NCBI GenBank assembly: GCA_025786725.1
Contig: JAHLTZ010000013.1
Span: 372,001 to 436,000, forward strand
Direction of reading: 5' to 3'
Length of the DNA stretch: 64,000 nt
DNA from: Syncephalis fuscata S228
Lineage: Eukaryota; Fungi; Zoopagomycota
Notes under the pieces: model-generated
Told to the model about the DNA's origin: nothing
Seen by the model: the letters and a program-made list of their open reading frames with translations, nothing else
Database searches by the model: none
Made by a program: the position numbers and the translations under genes
Part shown: in pieces, positions 1 to 13,598 of the stretch
How the letters are laid out: the number at the start of each line of letters is the position of its first letter
Numbering within the stretch: the first letter of the stretch is position 1

Positions 1-2438
1 ATGGACAGCGTGACAAATTAATATTTAACAACAGTTTGCTAATGCCGGCCATTCCGCTCGCTCAGCTGAAATAATACCATGATTTAATTTTACTCGTCCC
101 AATATAGGCAAAATATGATTTTACGGATGCACAAAGCACAGAGTATTTAATACTAAGGCCACAACGATAAATTTTAAAAATTACAGCTTCTAAATAAAAA
201 CTGTTTGCCTTTAACCTTTATAGTGCTGTTTCACCAACATAGCATTTTATTCTTTTTAGAAAATATAAGCCTCCATTTAACGGAAAAACTATAAAAATTT
301 TAATAAGCAATTGGATATGAAACACATGGCATCAACAACAATGTTATGTATTCTTTAAAAATATCGTTTTCACATGGGAGTATTGCTTGTCATGCAATGT
401 TGACTTGGCACCTTACAATGTATTTTGAAAAAAACAGGCAAAACAGTTAAACTAAACAACGGAAGCTCACAAAGCAACAAAAACTAAAACTATTATCATT
501 TAATAAAAATAAACCCAATAAGTGATAACTCATGCGAATAACTATGATACTTGGCTTTGTATTAATTATATGAACTATTGAGAATATTCGTTATATAGTT
601 ATTGTGCCATTTTTAATTTTGAAATGCCAGAAGTAATGAACAAGCAATACTTTAGTGTTGCAATAGCTCATAATTCAAGTTGTTTGTTGCAACAAAAATT
701 TAAAATAGGCCTTGTACCAATTAAATGCCCTATCAGTCAAAACAATAGCAAAATGATTGTGCTACATTATTGCCGTGTTACGAAAACACTTCATTCATTC
801 TACATGACATGGTCGAACCGTGTAATAATATAGCATAAATTGATATGTAGATTTCTACTGTGTACATGTGGGATTATTGATAGTATAGTGTTATCTATAT
901 AAATAGTAAGTATACTGGGGCAATCATTAAACTGTATATTACCTACACTACGAAGACACTAATAATAATAATTTAGTCATGTGATTTTTAATATATCTTT
1001 ATTACCATATATGGCAATAATAATTAATATTGCATATAATCACGTGACCAAATTACACACAACATTGATGTAGCCATCACCTAGCACGCGACTCAGTATC
1101 CCAACTAACATACTTAGTAAATAACCAGGACCTTTAAAAGGGCTCTGCCACTTTTATTCCAACATTCAATACATTAAACAAGTACTAGTTTACATTAAGT
1201 AAATCAATGCTCATATTCTACATCAAAAAGAAGAAATGAACAAGTTCTTCCTTTATAAATGTTTCTCAATGCAGCTTATTTTAGTATAAAAAACATTATT
1301 TGTTATTATCTTAAATAAAAATTATCAGTTACTTTATTTTATTTTATATTAGTTTTATTACAAGTGCTATCTAATTTATTATTAAGACTAGCGTAGTCAT
1401 GATTACTTAAGGATTATTATTGTCTTTACAAAATTACAATTGATCAAGTAAGCTACTGGTTATAACATTAATCTATTAATATACATTAAAATTAGACATG
1501 TCAGACCTTGAAAATCTACCTAACTAACCACACAACACCCATCCCAACAACTGGTGATATTTGCCACCACTTACACTTTTTACCGCATGAATAGTCATAT
1601 GGATTATTCAACTATATGATTAATCTTATGACAACTCATATAAACAATATCACCTGAGCTCATGACAATTAAGATCGTCAACATCATTAGCGACGTCATA
1701 TTATTATCATTATTATCATTATTATGATTATTATTGCACTAATATACTAACTATTTGTTTAGTATATGAACCAACATATTTTGTCAATCAAATAAACATG
1801 ATCTTACATCCAATCGTTCACTTTCCTATCTACAATACATATTTTGTTGCTAAAATACTACGATAGTTTGAAAATAGTGACTTTGACAACAACATAGCAT
1901 ATATAATATATTCTGTTTGTGTTATTAGTATATTCATAAAAGTGAATGATTTGTATATTTAATACAACTAGATGATGATATCATTACTACACTTTTCTTT
2001 CTGTCAGATACCCAGTATTATCATCTAATTTATACTAAATATACTCTATCACATATTCTATTTAGTTATTGTATTAAACCAATATTATTATAGGCATGTT
2101 CATTGCTGTTATTGCTACATAAGTGTGCATCATTCGGCCAACACAGCTACTTCAATGCTAAATTAAAGCAAATCTATCATACCCGACACATTATATATAA
2201 ATAAAGCTATTAATAAATACACAATTCTTGTAAATAAAACAAAGCAAATAATGTAGATTAAGAACAAACAAAGGAACAAAAATATATAAATTACATGAGA
2301 TAAAGGCAACAACAATATATTTATTGATCACTCATGCATATGCGCAATTAACGTAGTGCCCATTATAATTTAAAATAATACTAAAAGTCTATTATTCTAG
2401 CTGTATACTGTTGTACATAATTTATATCTATTAGCGTG

Positions 2439-3440
2439 CTATTCTATGAGGAGCTGACTGTATTCTAAACGAACTCGATGTAAGCTAGAAACTTGTTTTA
2501 TATCTTGAAACCGCTTACCTTTGCATGATCACACTGACCAATTTCATAAAATCCACATACTGTGCCTCCGTCCAAGAGTCGCTGCCAAACCTTGCCGCCT
2601 CGTAGGCATTTACATAGACGCGTGCTATTTGACGATCAATGACCGAGTACGTGACAAGCATATCAAAGTATTGATGTGCTGTCATGCCAGGTGTTCGCTG
2701 CGGAATCGATAACTGTACTTGTGCCTCCTCGGCTATTATCGTTACATCAGACTAGAATTGCTTATTATTGTATATTTATCCATATAACCTACCAATAATG
2801 TCAAATGTTTCACATGCTGATGCGGTAAATTGTACGTTATCAAGTGCACTATCTAGCAGAATTGACGATCATATATCAGTCAGCCATTGTATACTATATT
2901 CTTGTAAACTGTAATGGCCAGCAAACAATAGTTACCTGGTTGGCCCCAGCCTGGCCGTACACTTTCTTCCGGCAATGGTTTAATATCCGTGCGGATCTGA
3001 TCAACTTTCGCCAACTCTTCATGCACCATAACAAAAAGCCGCTATTTATCAGATACCGCAAAGTGTTTTAGTTAGCTGATGTATGAATAGTATACTTACA
3101 CTGTACCTTTGGAAGATCCTCAATACGAATTGGAATTGCACTTCGTGGAATAGCGTGTTTTGCTCGTCTCATAGCAAGTACCCGTGTGCAGCTAAGAAGT
3201 GTAGCCAGAACGCCCTGAACAATAAACACTCGGCATTAGTTGAGTAGCAATACAGTAGCAGGTTATAATCACCAAGAAAAGATACGAAGAGCCTATTGCT
3301 AGCAAGCTTCGATAATCCCGGCCATCTGTGGCAGCTTGATAAAGAATATCATAGGCAGCACCGGCCAAACAGGCAGATGCCCCAAGTATGAATACGCTAA
3401 GAGAAGCACGGTAGAGAAGACCACGATGTGTACGTTTCAT
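2439..3440 (-). CDS. DLT1: Defect-at-low-temperature protein 1 (Dlt1)-like membrane protein, multi-exon
   Basis: Spliced translation MKRTHRGLLYRASLSVFILG...YDILYQA...LLAIGSSYLFLV / ...RVLAMRRAKHAIPRSAIPIRIEDLPK... and C-terminal YVNAYEAARFG. This matches the Dlt1 pattern (two N-terminal TMs, IPxxxIPIxxxDxP, YExARF). Stop TAG at 2439-2441. Confidence 0.7.
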
Positions 3441-4215
3441 TATACCGCTACTGCTACTGCTATTACCGCTGCTATTGCCACTACACCGACTATACGGTTA
3501 TTATTGCTTTGTAATTCCTTGACAAAACAAGGCAAGGGGTAAGAGGTTGGAGAAAAGTAAAAGAATTATATTACAGCCTATTTGGCTCTAGTGAATGACT
3601 GTTATACATTTGTCAGTGCACATTACAAATAATTTTACTTGATCTATTGACCAATTAATAAACAAAACTCCAGTATACTTACAACTAAGTGATGTCCATC
3701 AAGATGATTGCTTTTGACTGTTCTTGTAATTACTATGTCTAGCATAGTAATTAATACCGTGGTGAAAGTAAGTTTTATTTGCATAATATGCTGCTAATAT
3801 TAGTTGTAGTGAAAATGAACAGCATCAGCAGTTCTCATGGTCACGACTACAATTTTAACAGCACGTTTAGTTCATGCCAAGAGGGTAGCACGTACACTTT
3901 ACATTGTGCAGTATCCATTTTACTATACTGCCAATTTATAGCAATACTTAAACTATCGTAATTGATCGATATTGGCCATGCTACCAAGGATCATATGCCG
4001 TCTAGCGCATGTTGTCCATTCATATGACGACATTTGCATTACTTGCCACCTTATAGGCAGTGGCAGTCACGAGTGTTTTCAGTTCACCCTTTCGTGGTCG
4101 CCCACTTTCTTAGTTGCCCTCGGTTTTCTCGCCTTTCATTTTCATTAACGACAACTTTTATATTTCTTCTACCTTTGCCGTGTCTGCTATATTAGGCTGA
4201 AGCGATCCAGCCCTG

Positions 4216-5565
4216 ATGGCGACTAACAACTCGGTTGGAAGCCAACGATTGCCGTCGCTTATGGTGGCCGATAAGGCCCCACCATCTCTTTCGGTGGACC
4301 GACCGCAAGTAACAGGATTGGTAAGTGTCTATGTCGGGTACTAGCTAGCGATTAGAAAACAAAGAGCGCCGATAGAACTAAGAAGCTAACCTGGCCTAAT
4401 ACTATTTATTAGCGGTCACCAGCACGATCTATACGGCACACCGACAGCGATGCCGGCTCTATAAGATCTCTATCGTCGGAAACAACCTACGAGTTTGAAG
4501 CAGTCTACGAGAATCAACGAGGGTCAGTCAGTCTAGCGTTTATTTGCTTAAAGCTAACATTTGAGTAGCATGTTTGTATTTGGCGTTCCAAAATTCAGCG
4601 CCAAAATGTAAGTATTTGCTAAATGAGCGTCAATTTGTGATGGATTAATTTACGCTGTTGATCTATTTAGGCTCAATGTCATCGATCCACCACCGTGGTC
4701 AGATAGTGAATTTCGGTAATGATAAATAGATTGTTGATTATTTGCCATTGCTTATTCAAAATACTAGATTTGTATCACCCAACTTGCACTCCTACCAACT
4801 GCCAGATCCTAACTGGGAGTGGGCACATCCTGAATGGACAATTGATATGTCGTATGACGTTGACGAAGAGGGCTGGGAGTATGCCTTTCACTTTCATAAT
4901 TCTTATTGGCATGGTACGAGATAATGGATAGCGAAAATGGCGACTAACACGTAATTAGGTACTTACAATGTTGTTCGGTCGTTTGTACGTAGGAGACGAT
5001 GGGTTCGACTGCGCAGACGCAAGGTAAGACAAGCATTGGAGTGAAAGTCATTTAGTAATTAGCCGTGTCCATAAGTTGCATAATGAAACAAATATCCATG
5101 GACATCCTATACGGTCACGTAGGCCATCGGCACAACCGAATGCACGTGTATCCTCGGTTGGATCAACGGACCAAGAGTTCAATCGCCAGCAGAACTGGCT
5201 AGTTTCAATGCGTCGTATGCGGATAGACCGGGAAAAACTTGATTATTTGAATCAGTTATTGGAAAGTTCCGCGGGTACAGAGCGATGGTTAACCAACGAA
5301 ATGGTAAGTATTAGGTGGAAATCAATCTAAAATCGCAATTAACGCGATGGCTATTTGTAGCTATTGCAATTTTTATATACGCTTGATTATCACGCCAATC
5401 GCTATCGAGCAATTGAGGTAAGCTGATAACCATTTGTATACGTCGTACTTATTTGCAGTATAGTTAATGAAAAAACATGGATATGAACCGCCATGGACGT
5501 CAGGTATTGACGCATTTACTTTTTATACCGACCGTATAGCATTACAACAACTCAGTTCAAAATAA
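4216..5565 (+). CDS. SPO73: Dysferlin/peroxin-domain protein, Spo73/Mug65-like, multi-exon
   Basis: Exons give VYENQRG...FGVPKFS...DPPPWSD...YQLPDPNWEWAHPEWTIDMSYDVDEEGWEYAF...WHG...SFVRRRRWVRLRRR, the Spo73/Mug65 dysferlin signature, followed by RIDREKL. Confidence 0.8.
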
Positions 5566-6589
5566 GGATTCTTGGCATTGTTTAATAAGATAGTTTTTAT
5601 AGTTGTACCTATTCTTACTCAGTGTATATCGAATCAATTGGGTAGTAATATATTTAATAAATTATAAACATATTATACCGGCAGTTCTACTTGATAGTAA
5701 TTACGTTTATCGCTATAAATCATTATATTTTGCTAGTAATACCATATATTGATGTAGCTGTGCCACTTTCTATCCTGATGTAGAATCTATTATATCATAG
5801 ACTAATTTATGGTACAATAATCGTTATATTTAGTAAAACAACACCTAACAGTATGACTAATAAATGTTAATATATATATATATGTACTGTAATATATTCT
5901 TTAAACGGGCTTTATCTATTATTAAAAGCTCTATACGATTTGATTTTATTTCTTTTCTGTCACACTTCCTCCGCTGTTTTAATTAATACTACTCTTGCAA
6001 CATCGTCAATTATAAAGGCTTATTGAAATTCCATGCTTATTTAATGTACTTTTTTCTTTTAAAAACAATGGGAAAATAATTTATGTATATTTTACTCTAA
6101 ACGTAAATCATTGTAACAACTTAAAGTGTCATTTTATGAATAACTGTTATTTACACTGTGCATATCTGCATATCTGTTATTAATTAGCGTATTTTTTTCC
6201 CAACTCTACTTCTTTTGCATGTCACCATTTATAATTGACACATTTATATCAGTGTCAACACGTCTATTAAACGCAAAGCTTTATACTTTCTATCTATTAA
6301 TCAGCCCATTCTATTTTATAAACGTATTTGCGGTGTGTGTGGTGTGTGGATGCTAGCAGTGCATTGTTGCCGTTTAGAAAGACGTCCACTCAATTATCGA
6401 GTATTTCCTTTTCTCTCTCTTTCGTTATCATCTTTCAATTTTACTAGTTTCTCCTGCGCCTTTCACTTTGGACGTCATCGAGCTTGCTTTGCCACGTTCA
6501 GACATTCAACTAGTTAATTTCTAGATACAGCGATCGCTATATGCGTGTATACGTGTGTAGAGGGTGGATGTATATTTGTTATTAGGCCG

Positions 6590-9021
6590 ATGAGTGATCT
6601 TGCACCGCAAGATCCGTTTTGGCAGGCGCCACAATGTCCCAGCAAGCTATCGCTGGCCTTTTTAGTTAGCCGCATATACACGGCCGAGATAACATTGACC
6701 GTACAGAGTCTGATTGAACTGCAACAACACTTGAATGCACCAGTATTAACCGACACCTTGCTACGTGAGCTTGATAGCTTACTCGAGGCTATACGTATCG
6801 ACTTGAACGCGCAACCCCTTGCTTCTTACCGCGGAGAAAGGCGAGGGCATGACACCCGAGGCAATAGCGAAGGCACAGCTGTTTGATCATTTACTAGCTT
6901 ATGCTTGATTATATTTGGTAAAGAAGAAACGGCACAGGTTATTTCGGAAGAACCATGGCGCCGCTTATTGGAGTGTATTACACATATGGTGGTAGAAGAG
7001 GATATTCGCCCATATAATATTCTTGTCAATCGGATGCTTCGACTAAGCGATCGTAATTTAACATTTCGGTAAGCAATATCGATGATAAACAAGATATACA
7101 AGTACCAATGCTAATATGAATACCATTACTGTTTAGTGTACTGTTAACGTTGCTTGAACGGACGGCACTTGAACTATCGCCTTATGACGAGCCGGATAGC
7201 TCAGCTGTGAAATTCGTCGGTTTGGTAATGCGCTATATATGGCGTCGTACCAAGTCAATAGCCGAGGATGTACGTGATGGTCTAATTCAAGTAGACCAGC
7301 TATTGCAAGAATGCCATTTATTTATTGCAGCATCGCCACCGGCCATTTGGGTACGCCGAACTGATGAACAATATCCATTGACGAACCAGCCATTACGTAC
7401 AGTCAAAACGATTCTACACGAATTGGCCGGTGAACTTGGGATTAAAGTGTTGGACATTTGCCGCCAGGCCATACCAGCAGCCGGTAACAAAGGTTATATT
7501 TACCTGTATCTTGAACGTGTACTTGAAGAAGGTAATGCTCGTGTAGCAGCTGCCATTGCCTCAGATACGCCAATGGATAAAGCCAATGCAGCAGCAGTTA
7601 CCACCATAACCATTGTGACAAACGAAATAGCTAATAGTAAACAGAATAATAGCGCAGTTTCTAGTACTAGTCAAGCCGTTGAAATAGATGCAAGAGCTAC
7701 AGTAACAACGAACGACGATGTCAATGAAGCGCCATTACCTACAATTGCTACAACTGCAGCACTAGCTGTGGCCTCGGGAATGACGGCCAATGCAGATATA
7801 ATACCGATGCCAAACGATGAAAAAAAAACGATAGAAAACAACAACAACAACAACAATGAAGAAGAAGAGGAAAGAGAAGGAGAAGAGGACGAACATGATG
7901 GTAACGAAGAAAATGCCCATCATGAAGAGGCTAATAGTAAAGAAGCCGAAGAAGACGAGTCTTTAACAAGAAAATCGGCAGCTTTTTTACTACAAGATGG
8001 TACTCATTATAAGTTTCCTGGTCGTCCAGGGTTTACAATTCTACATAAATCAAGACGACGTGTCTTACACGCCCGACCACCATCTGCTCGTAAATCTACC
8101 ACACCCGTAAAAAATGACAGCCCTGTTCCAATCGCAACTACAATAACTGTGACAGCCACTCCATTAGCTGAAGTGGCGCCACCAGCACCATTCATTGCTG
8201 CAACTACCGCACCTGCAGCTGATTCCACCACACAAATACCTATTCATCCATCTGACTTTCGGCCTGATCCAGAACTTTGTCTTAAACTAACTTCAATGTT
8301 TGCCAAACTATTCATAGCCGAAGAACGTGAAGAAGTAAGTAATACGGGGGATTAATAGGAAATGGCAGCGATTAAACAATCTATACCGTGCCATTATCAT
8401 TCATGCGTGCACCTATCAACGTAGACATTCGGTGATGTATGTCATTAATTCCATTATTAGGGCATCAAGGAACTGAGCGAACTCCGGCTTGAATGTCCAC
8501 TTACCGATGATTTTATTAGAAGCCAGCTATCTCGTTCCACGCCAGCATTCAAAGAGGAGATTGTTAAACTGTTACAGGAAGCATTTGCAGCAAATCAAGA
8601 TCAAACAGTGCCATTATCGACGGAACTTGGAATGAGGTTGGCAAATAGCAACTTTAACGCAGAACAAACAAATCATCATGACCAATTTACGTTTGTTCCT
8701 GCAGTTGAAGAAGCACGGCGGGTTATTTTCACAGCTACTCAAAATAGCAGTGGTCGAGATAGACGTAGAAAAACCACAGTAGCACCTTTAAATACTGATA
8801 ATTTGAATGGTATTAATGAAACAACACCATTGGATGGATCTTTAGCCAATACAGCAATGAATCCACCAACATCACCATTTTCATTTTCAGTGCCATTTTC
8901 ATTCTCTTTTACTAATAGTAATAGCAACAACAACAATGATACAAGTAGAACCAATGGCAATACTACCAGCCAAACCAACGTATCTACCTCCAATACAAGT
9001 AGCAGCATAAAACACAAATAA
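6590..9021 (+). CDS. Protein made only of the XMAP215/ch-TOG (Stu2/Alp14 family) C-terminal region plus low-complexity linkers; reading-frame disruption at ~6820-6900
   Basis: NILVNRMLRLSDRNLTF, KFVGLVMRYIWRRTKSI, LLQECHLFIAASPPAIWVRR...PLRTVKTILHELAGELG and LTSMFAKLFIAEEREEGIKELSEL resemble the ch-TOG C-terminal helical domains. GT-AG introns at ~7069-7136 and ~8335-8460. Confidence 0.65.
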
Positions 9022-9345
9022 TTTTACTGGGATAAATTGTAGTCATATAACAAAGAATAAGTCAAATATTGCATTTTTCGTATTTAAATCAGCCATTTAC
9101 TGAAATTCAAACAAAAAGTAACTATTCTTATTACAATTATAATAATGGTTGTATTAAATATTAACATTTAATTATTGGTCATTTTTTGCTTATATCTATA
9201 TCAGTATAGCTATGAATTTCAATTAAAATTACATCTATTATTAACATAGAATAGTGCATTGTGTTGATCAATTGATAATACCAAGTATATACAAAATGTT
9301 AAATGTTTTACTAATGTTTTATTCCAAGCCAATACAAATAGACCT

Positions 9346-10499
9346 TTACCATAGTTCAGGTAATACGGTCGGTATATCTGTGACCCTTTTCAATTGATAA
9401 TGACCTGCTGTGCTGCGATCTGGTTCCGTAGTTATATGGATTGCCGTCCAGCCAAGTGTCTAAATAATACTTGGTTATAATCTTGTTATTAGGTACAATT
9501 CAACTTACTCTAGCCGTTTCAATATTATTTGCTGTATCATCGACAAAGTAGCATGCGTGTGGCGTATTAATATTTGCTTCCTGCATAGCTCTAGTATAAG
9601 CACGAGCCTCTAATAAATATACAATTAATTAACTATTAATACAAATAGTCTATTATTATTGTTATTACCAGGTTTACAAGGAAAGTCAGGTTCAGCGTAG
9701 TCGCAATATGTAATGCCTTCAAATTGATCACCTATGCCAAGTGCAGCAAGTACTCGTTTTGCATGCTATGTTAATGTTAATACTGCTATTATTACCATGA
9801 TTTATGTTGTTAACAAACTTACTGGTAAACCGGCATTAGTAAATGCCCATTTACGTGTTTTTAGTTGTTGTAACATATCACGTAATTCAGAATCTGGTTT
9901 AATAAGTTCTTCAATCGGTAGACCACCATCAACTTCTTCATCTATTTAAACTATTAAAATACTATTAAATACAATACTGTTATAACACTTTACCATAATT
10001 GACTGGATCAACATCTAACTAATTGTTAAATAACGTAATATAATATATTATTGATTACTTACTATGATGTAACAATAGACCACGAATAGATAGCCCATAA
10101 TCGGTGTAATAACGTTTACATAATTCACGGGCTAAATTATTATTATTATTATTATTATTATTAGTAATTTGTATTAAACATTTGACTGTGTAGCGTACAA
10201 ATTATTACACTATCGATACTTACTTCTTTCTCTATCCTCTGAAATGCCTGCTTTAATTGCATAGTCGATAATACTAGTTTAATTTTATGATTTAATTAAA
10301 TGGTATATACCTATATATATCTATATATATCTACTAATTTATTTGCTTACCGTTCACGCATAAGAACGTATATTTTAGTAGAAAGAGGATAGAGGCAGTT
10401 ATCGATATCGAAAAAGAATACTCGCTCATTTAACGGTATAGACTCGGTATCGGTCGTAATACCGAGTGTATTGTCAATTGAAGTTGCGTAGATAGTCAT
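9346..10499 (-). CDS. SDT1: HAD-family pyrimidine 5'-nucleotidase (Sdt1/Phm8-like), multi-exon
   Basis: Motif I VFFFDIDNCLYP; YYTDYGLSIRGL; WAFTNAG; FEGITYCDY...PCKP; YFVDDT..N; ends DIPTVLPELW* (TAA 9346-9348). Confidence 0.88.
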
Positions 10500-11185
10500 C
10501 GTAACAAGAACAGCTATAGTAGTTAAGTAAATATTACTTAAATAACAAATGATCAAGCTACTGCTAAACTATTAACTGGTGCTAACTTGTTTTAATAATC
10601 AAACTATAGATGAGTACTGACGAACTTGACAATGGCGGAATAAGTTGAATGTAGCGGAGAAAATACACTTTTAGGTTGTATTAATAGTAGTAGTAGTAGT
10701 AACAGTGGCGGTAACACATTATCAATTTATTGGTATCGTCATTGCTGCACAGTCACTGCGTCATCAATTTAAAAAAGTATATTATTGTACCAACTAATAG
10801 AATAAATAGATTATTATAGATTCATTGTACTACAATTGCTATTCATTCTTACAAGCACTGTTATTAATATTTGATAGTAAATAAACAAATCAACATGTTA
10901 TCATGGCAAATACACTATGGAGAGATCCATTCTTTATTATAGATATAAAACAATTCATTCAATCTCCTGCATCTTTAAATGCACAAACAAACGTTACACT
11001 GTAACACGTTAACCGCCATAGTCTCCTCTCTTTTTGTTTCTACATTCATTTCATACAGCAATTATATAGCTATTTCTACCAATACTGACTATTTCTACGT
11101 TCTCTCTTTCACCTGTGTCTGTACTCTATTTGTTTGAAAGTTGTCTAGTCTAGACGTGGAACCACGCTTTTTTTACCGTTTGTTA

Positions 11186-13479
11186 ATGTCTCATCCAACT
11201 GACGCACAATTCGATGAAGGCTACGACGATGGAACCCGTTCACTAGCTGACGTGCCAATTACACAAGAAGTACGAATAGAACAACTACTTGATAGTATAA
11301 GCGATTGGACAGATGGTCAAAAAGCTAGTAAGTAACTAGCTTGTAGATAATTGTCAAGCGATACATATAAATACTTTCTATTTATATTTACTATTCACTA
11401 TTTACTATTTTGTAATAGAATTGGCCCTTCAAATTTTAGGCATGTTACCAACGCAATTTGTAGCTCATATTGTTGAAGAAATCCAGCCTTGGTTATATCA
11501 TGACTTCATTACCGATCTACCGAGTGAACTTTCATTTCATATTCTATCCTTTCTTGATGCTCAAACACTCGGTCGAGTAAGCCAAGTATCACGCCAATGG
11601 AAAAGAGCAGTCAGTTCAAATCTGCTATGGAGAAAACTTTACGAAAATAATGGCTGGTCAATGAACCATAATCTTATTGAATGGTATAATGCATACGGTG
11701 AACGTATGTACCAAGAACAACTGGCCAACCAAGGTACAATGACTATTCATTGTATCGAGGAAATCTGTGATATAGAAGAGTCGCCATCTAAACAAGATAT
11801 ATACAGTACACCACCACACCAAATTGCTGTATCAAAGGATAAAATTACTATACCGAAATACAAAATTACCTTGCCAGAAAATAAGGTTATAACATCAAAA
11901 AGTGACATGACAACACCAAAGAGTAGGATTGCATCAACATCAGTACTATTGTCATCGACAAGTCAATTGGAACGAACACATCTACCTAATAATAATAGTA
12001 CAATAATAGTGGTAGTAGTAGTAGTGTAGTTAATGCAGCTACAGGTTCAATGGCTGTCATGGATCGTCGCGCATATCAAGCATTGCGTAAACAACCATCA
12101 AAGATTATAAACTCGTCTGAAACGATATTAAATGCACTGGTTGGCTCACTAGGTAAGTGGTAGTATATTTTATAGTTTAATTAATTATTGTATTAACTAG
12201 CAATTGGATGACAGCTGTTGTATCTTCTGTTGGTGTTATGGAGGATCCAACTATGACAACGTCTATGGATCAGCTTATTACAGTGCGGGATAATGCTGAG
12301 GTGTCATATATCGATGCTATGGATACAAGTGATGGCGATAAAGATGCAACTACACAACTGGATGAAAATAGTAACAACGAACAAGCATTAATCGAAGTAC
12401 CACGGCGATTACGTTGTATTGTACCCAATGCTGTATTATTAGTACCAGGTCATTATACGGTAGACTATCGACCCTGTGTCAACTGGCGTACACTTTATAG
12501 AACACGATGTGGTATTGAACGTCGTTGGCGTACATCCATCTATATGACTCGTTACCTACCAGGCCATGCAGAAGGCATTTACTGTGTACAGTTTGATGAA
12601 GATAAGATTATATCAGGATCACGCGACAATACAATACGGCTATGGGACATGGCCACCAGTGCTTGTGTTCAAACGCTAACTGGACACACAGCATCTGTAC
12701 TCTGTCTACAGTATGACAAACAGATACTTGTTAGTGGTGGCAGTGATGCCATTGCTATTATTTGGAATATGAAGACTGGCCAGCGTATTCATACACTTAC
12801 CGGCCATACCGATTCAGTACTCAATCTATGCTTTGACCATCGTTTTATCGTTACGTGTTCAAAGGATCGCACTATACGTGTGTGGGCCCGTAACAACTAC
12901 CGGCTTATTCATATGCTTGAAGGTCATCGGGTAGCCGTTAATGGTATTGCTTTACGTAATGACCTATTAGTATCGGTGAGTGGTGACCGCACCTTCCGAG
13001 TATGGGATATCCATACCGGTGCTTGTTTGCGTGTGGTTTCAGGACATACGCGTGGCATTGCTTGTGTACAGTTTGATGGTCAACGTGTATTTACCGGCAG
13101 TTCCGATCGATCCATTCGTATATGGGATGTAAAAACAGGCGAGTGTCTAGGTATACTTCAAGGACATGGTGATCTTGTACGCTCGTTAGATTACGACGGC
13201 CGATGGCTTATCAGTGGTAGTTATGATCATACAATTCGTATATGGGATCCAGATACACAGCGTGTTATTGCCGTGTTACGCAATGGTCATGATAATCGGT
13301 AAGTATTGATGGTAATAGTAATCTTAATATATGGTTAACTATTCTAACTAAATGCTATTAACTATACTAGTATTATCAAGGTTCATTTCAATGCATCCAA
13401 GATTGTTAGTTGTTCACAGGATAAAAAGATTGTAGTCTGGGACTATGCACATATGGTTGATACAACCTTTATTGTTTGA
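11186..13479 (+). CDS. F-box/WD40 SCF substrate receptor, FWD-1/Pof11/beta-TrCP-like; apparent 1-nt frameshift near 12000
   Basis: N-terminal FDEGY; F-box DFITDLPSELSFHILSFLD...W; seven WD40 repeats starting GHAEGIYCVQFDEDKIISGSRDNTIRLWD; last exon KIVSCSQDKKIVVWDY; stop TGA 13477-13479. Confidence 0.88.
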
Positions 13480-13598
13480 TTATGTTTGACTATCTCGTTT
13501 GTGTCAGTTAACATTGTACCTCTAATTATTATAATAAATTAGAGTAACTTTGAATTGTACTAATCATGTTGGAAAGTGTTGGATTAAACGATTAGCCT

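Noticed and set aside
1-2400. Possible gene or TE remnant in the AT-rich left end
   Set aside because: No coherent ORF or exon chain; only faint, unconvincing resemblance to the 59-63 kb repeat.
6884-6886. Selenocysteine or readthrough at the in-frame TGA in the XMAP215-like gene
   Set aside because: The alternative frame around it (KAQLFDH) fits the family better, and a T-run indel explains it. No redox context or SECIS was recognised.
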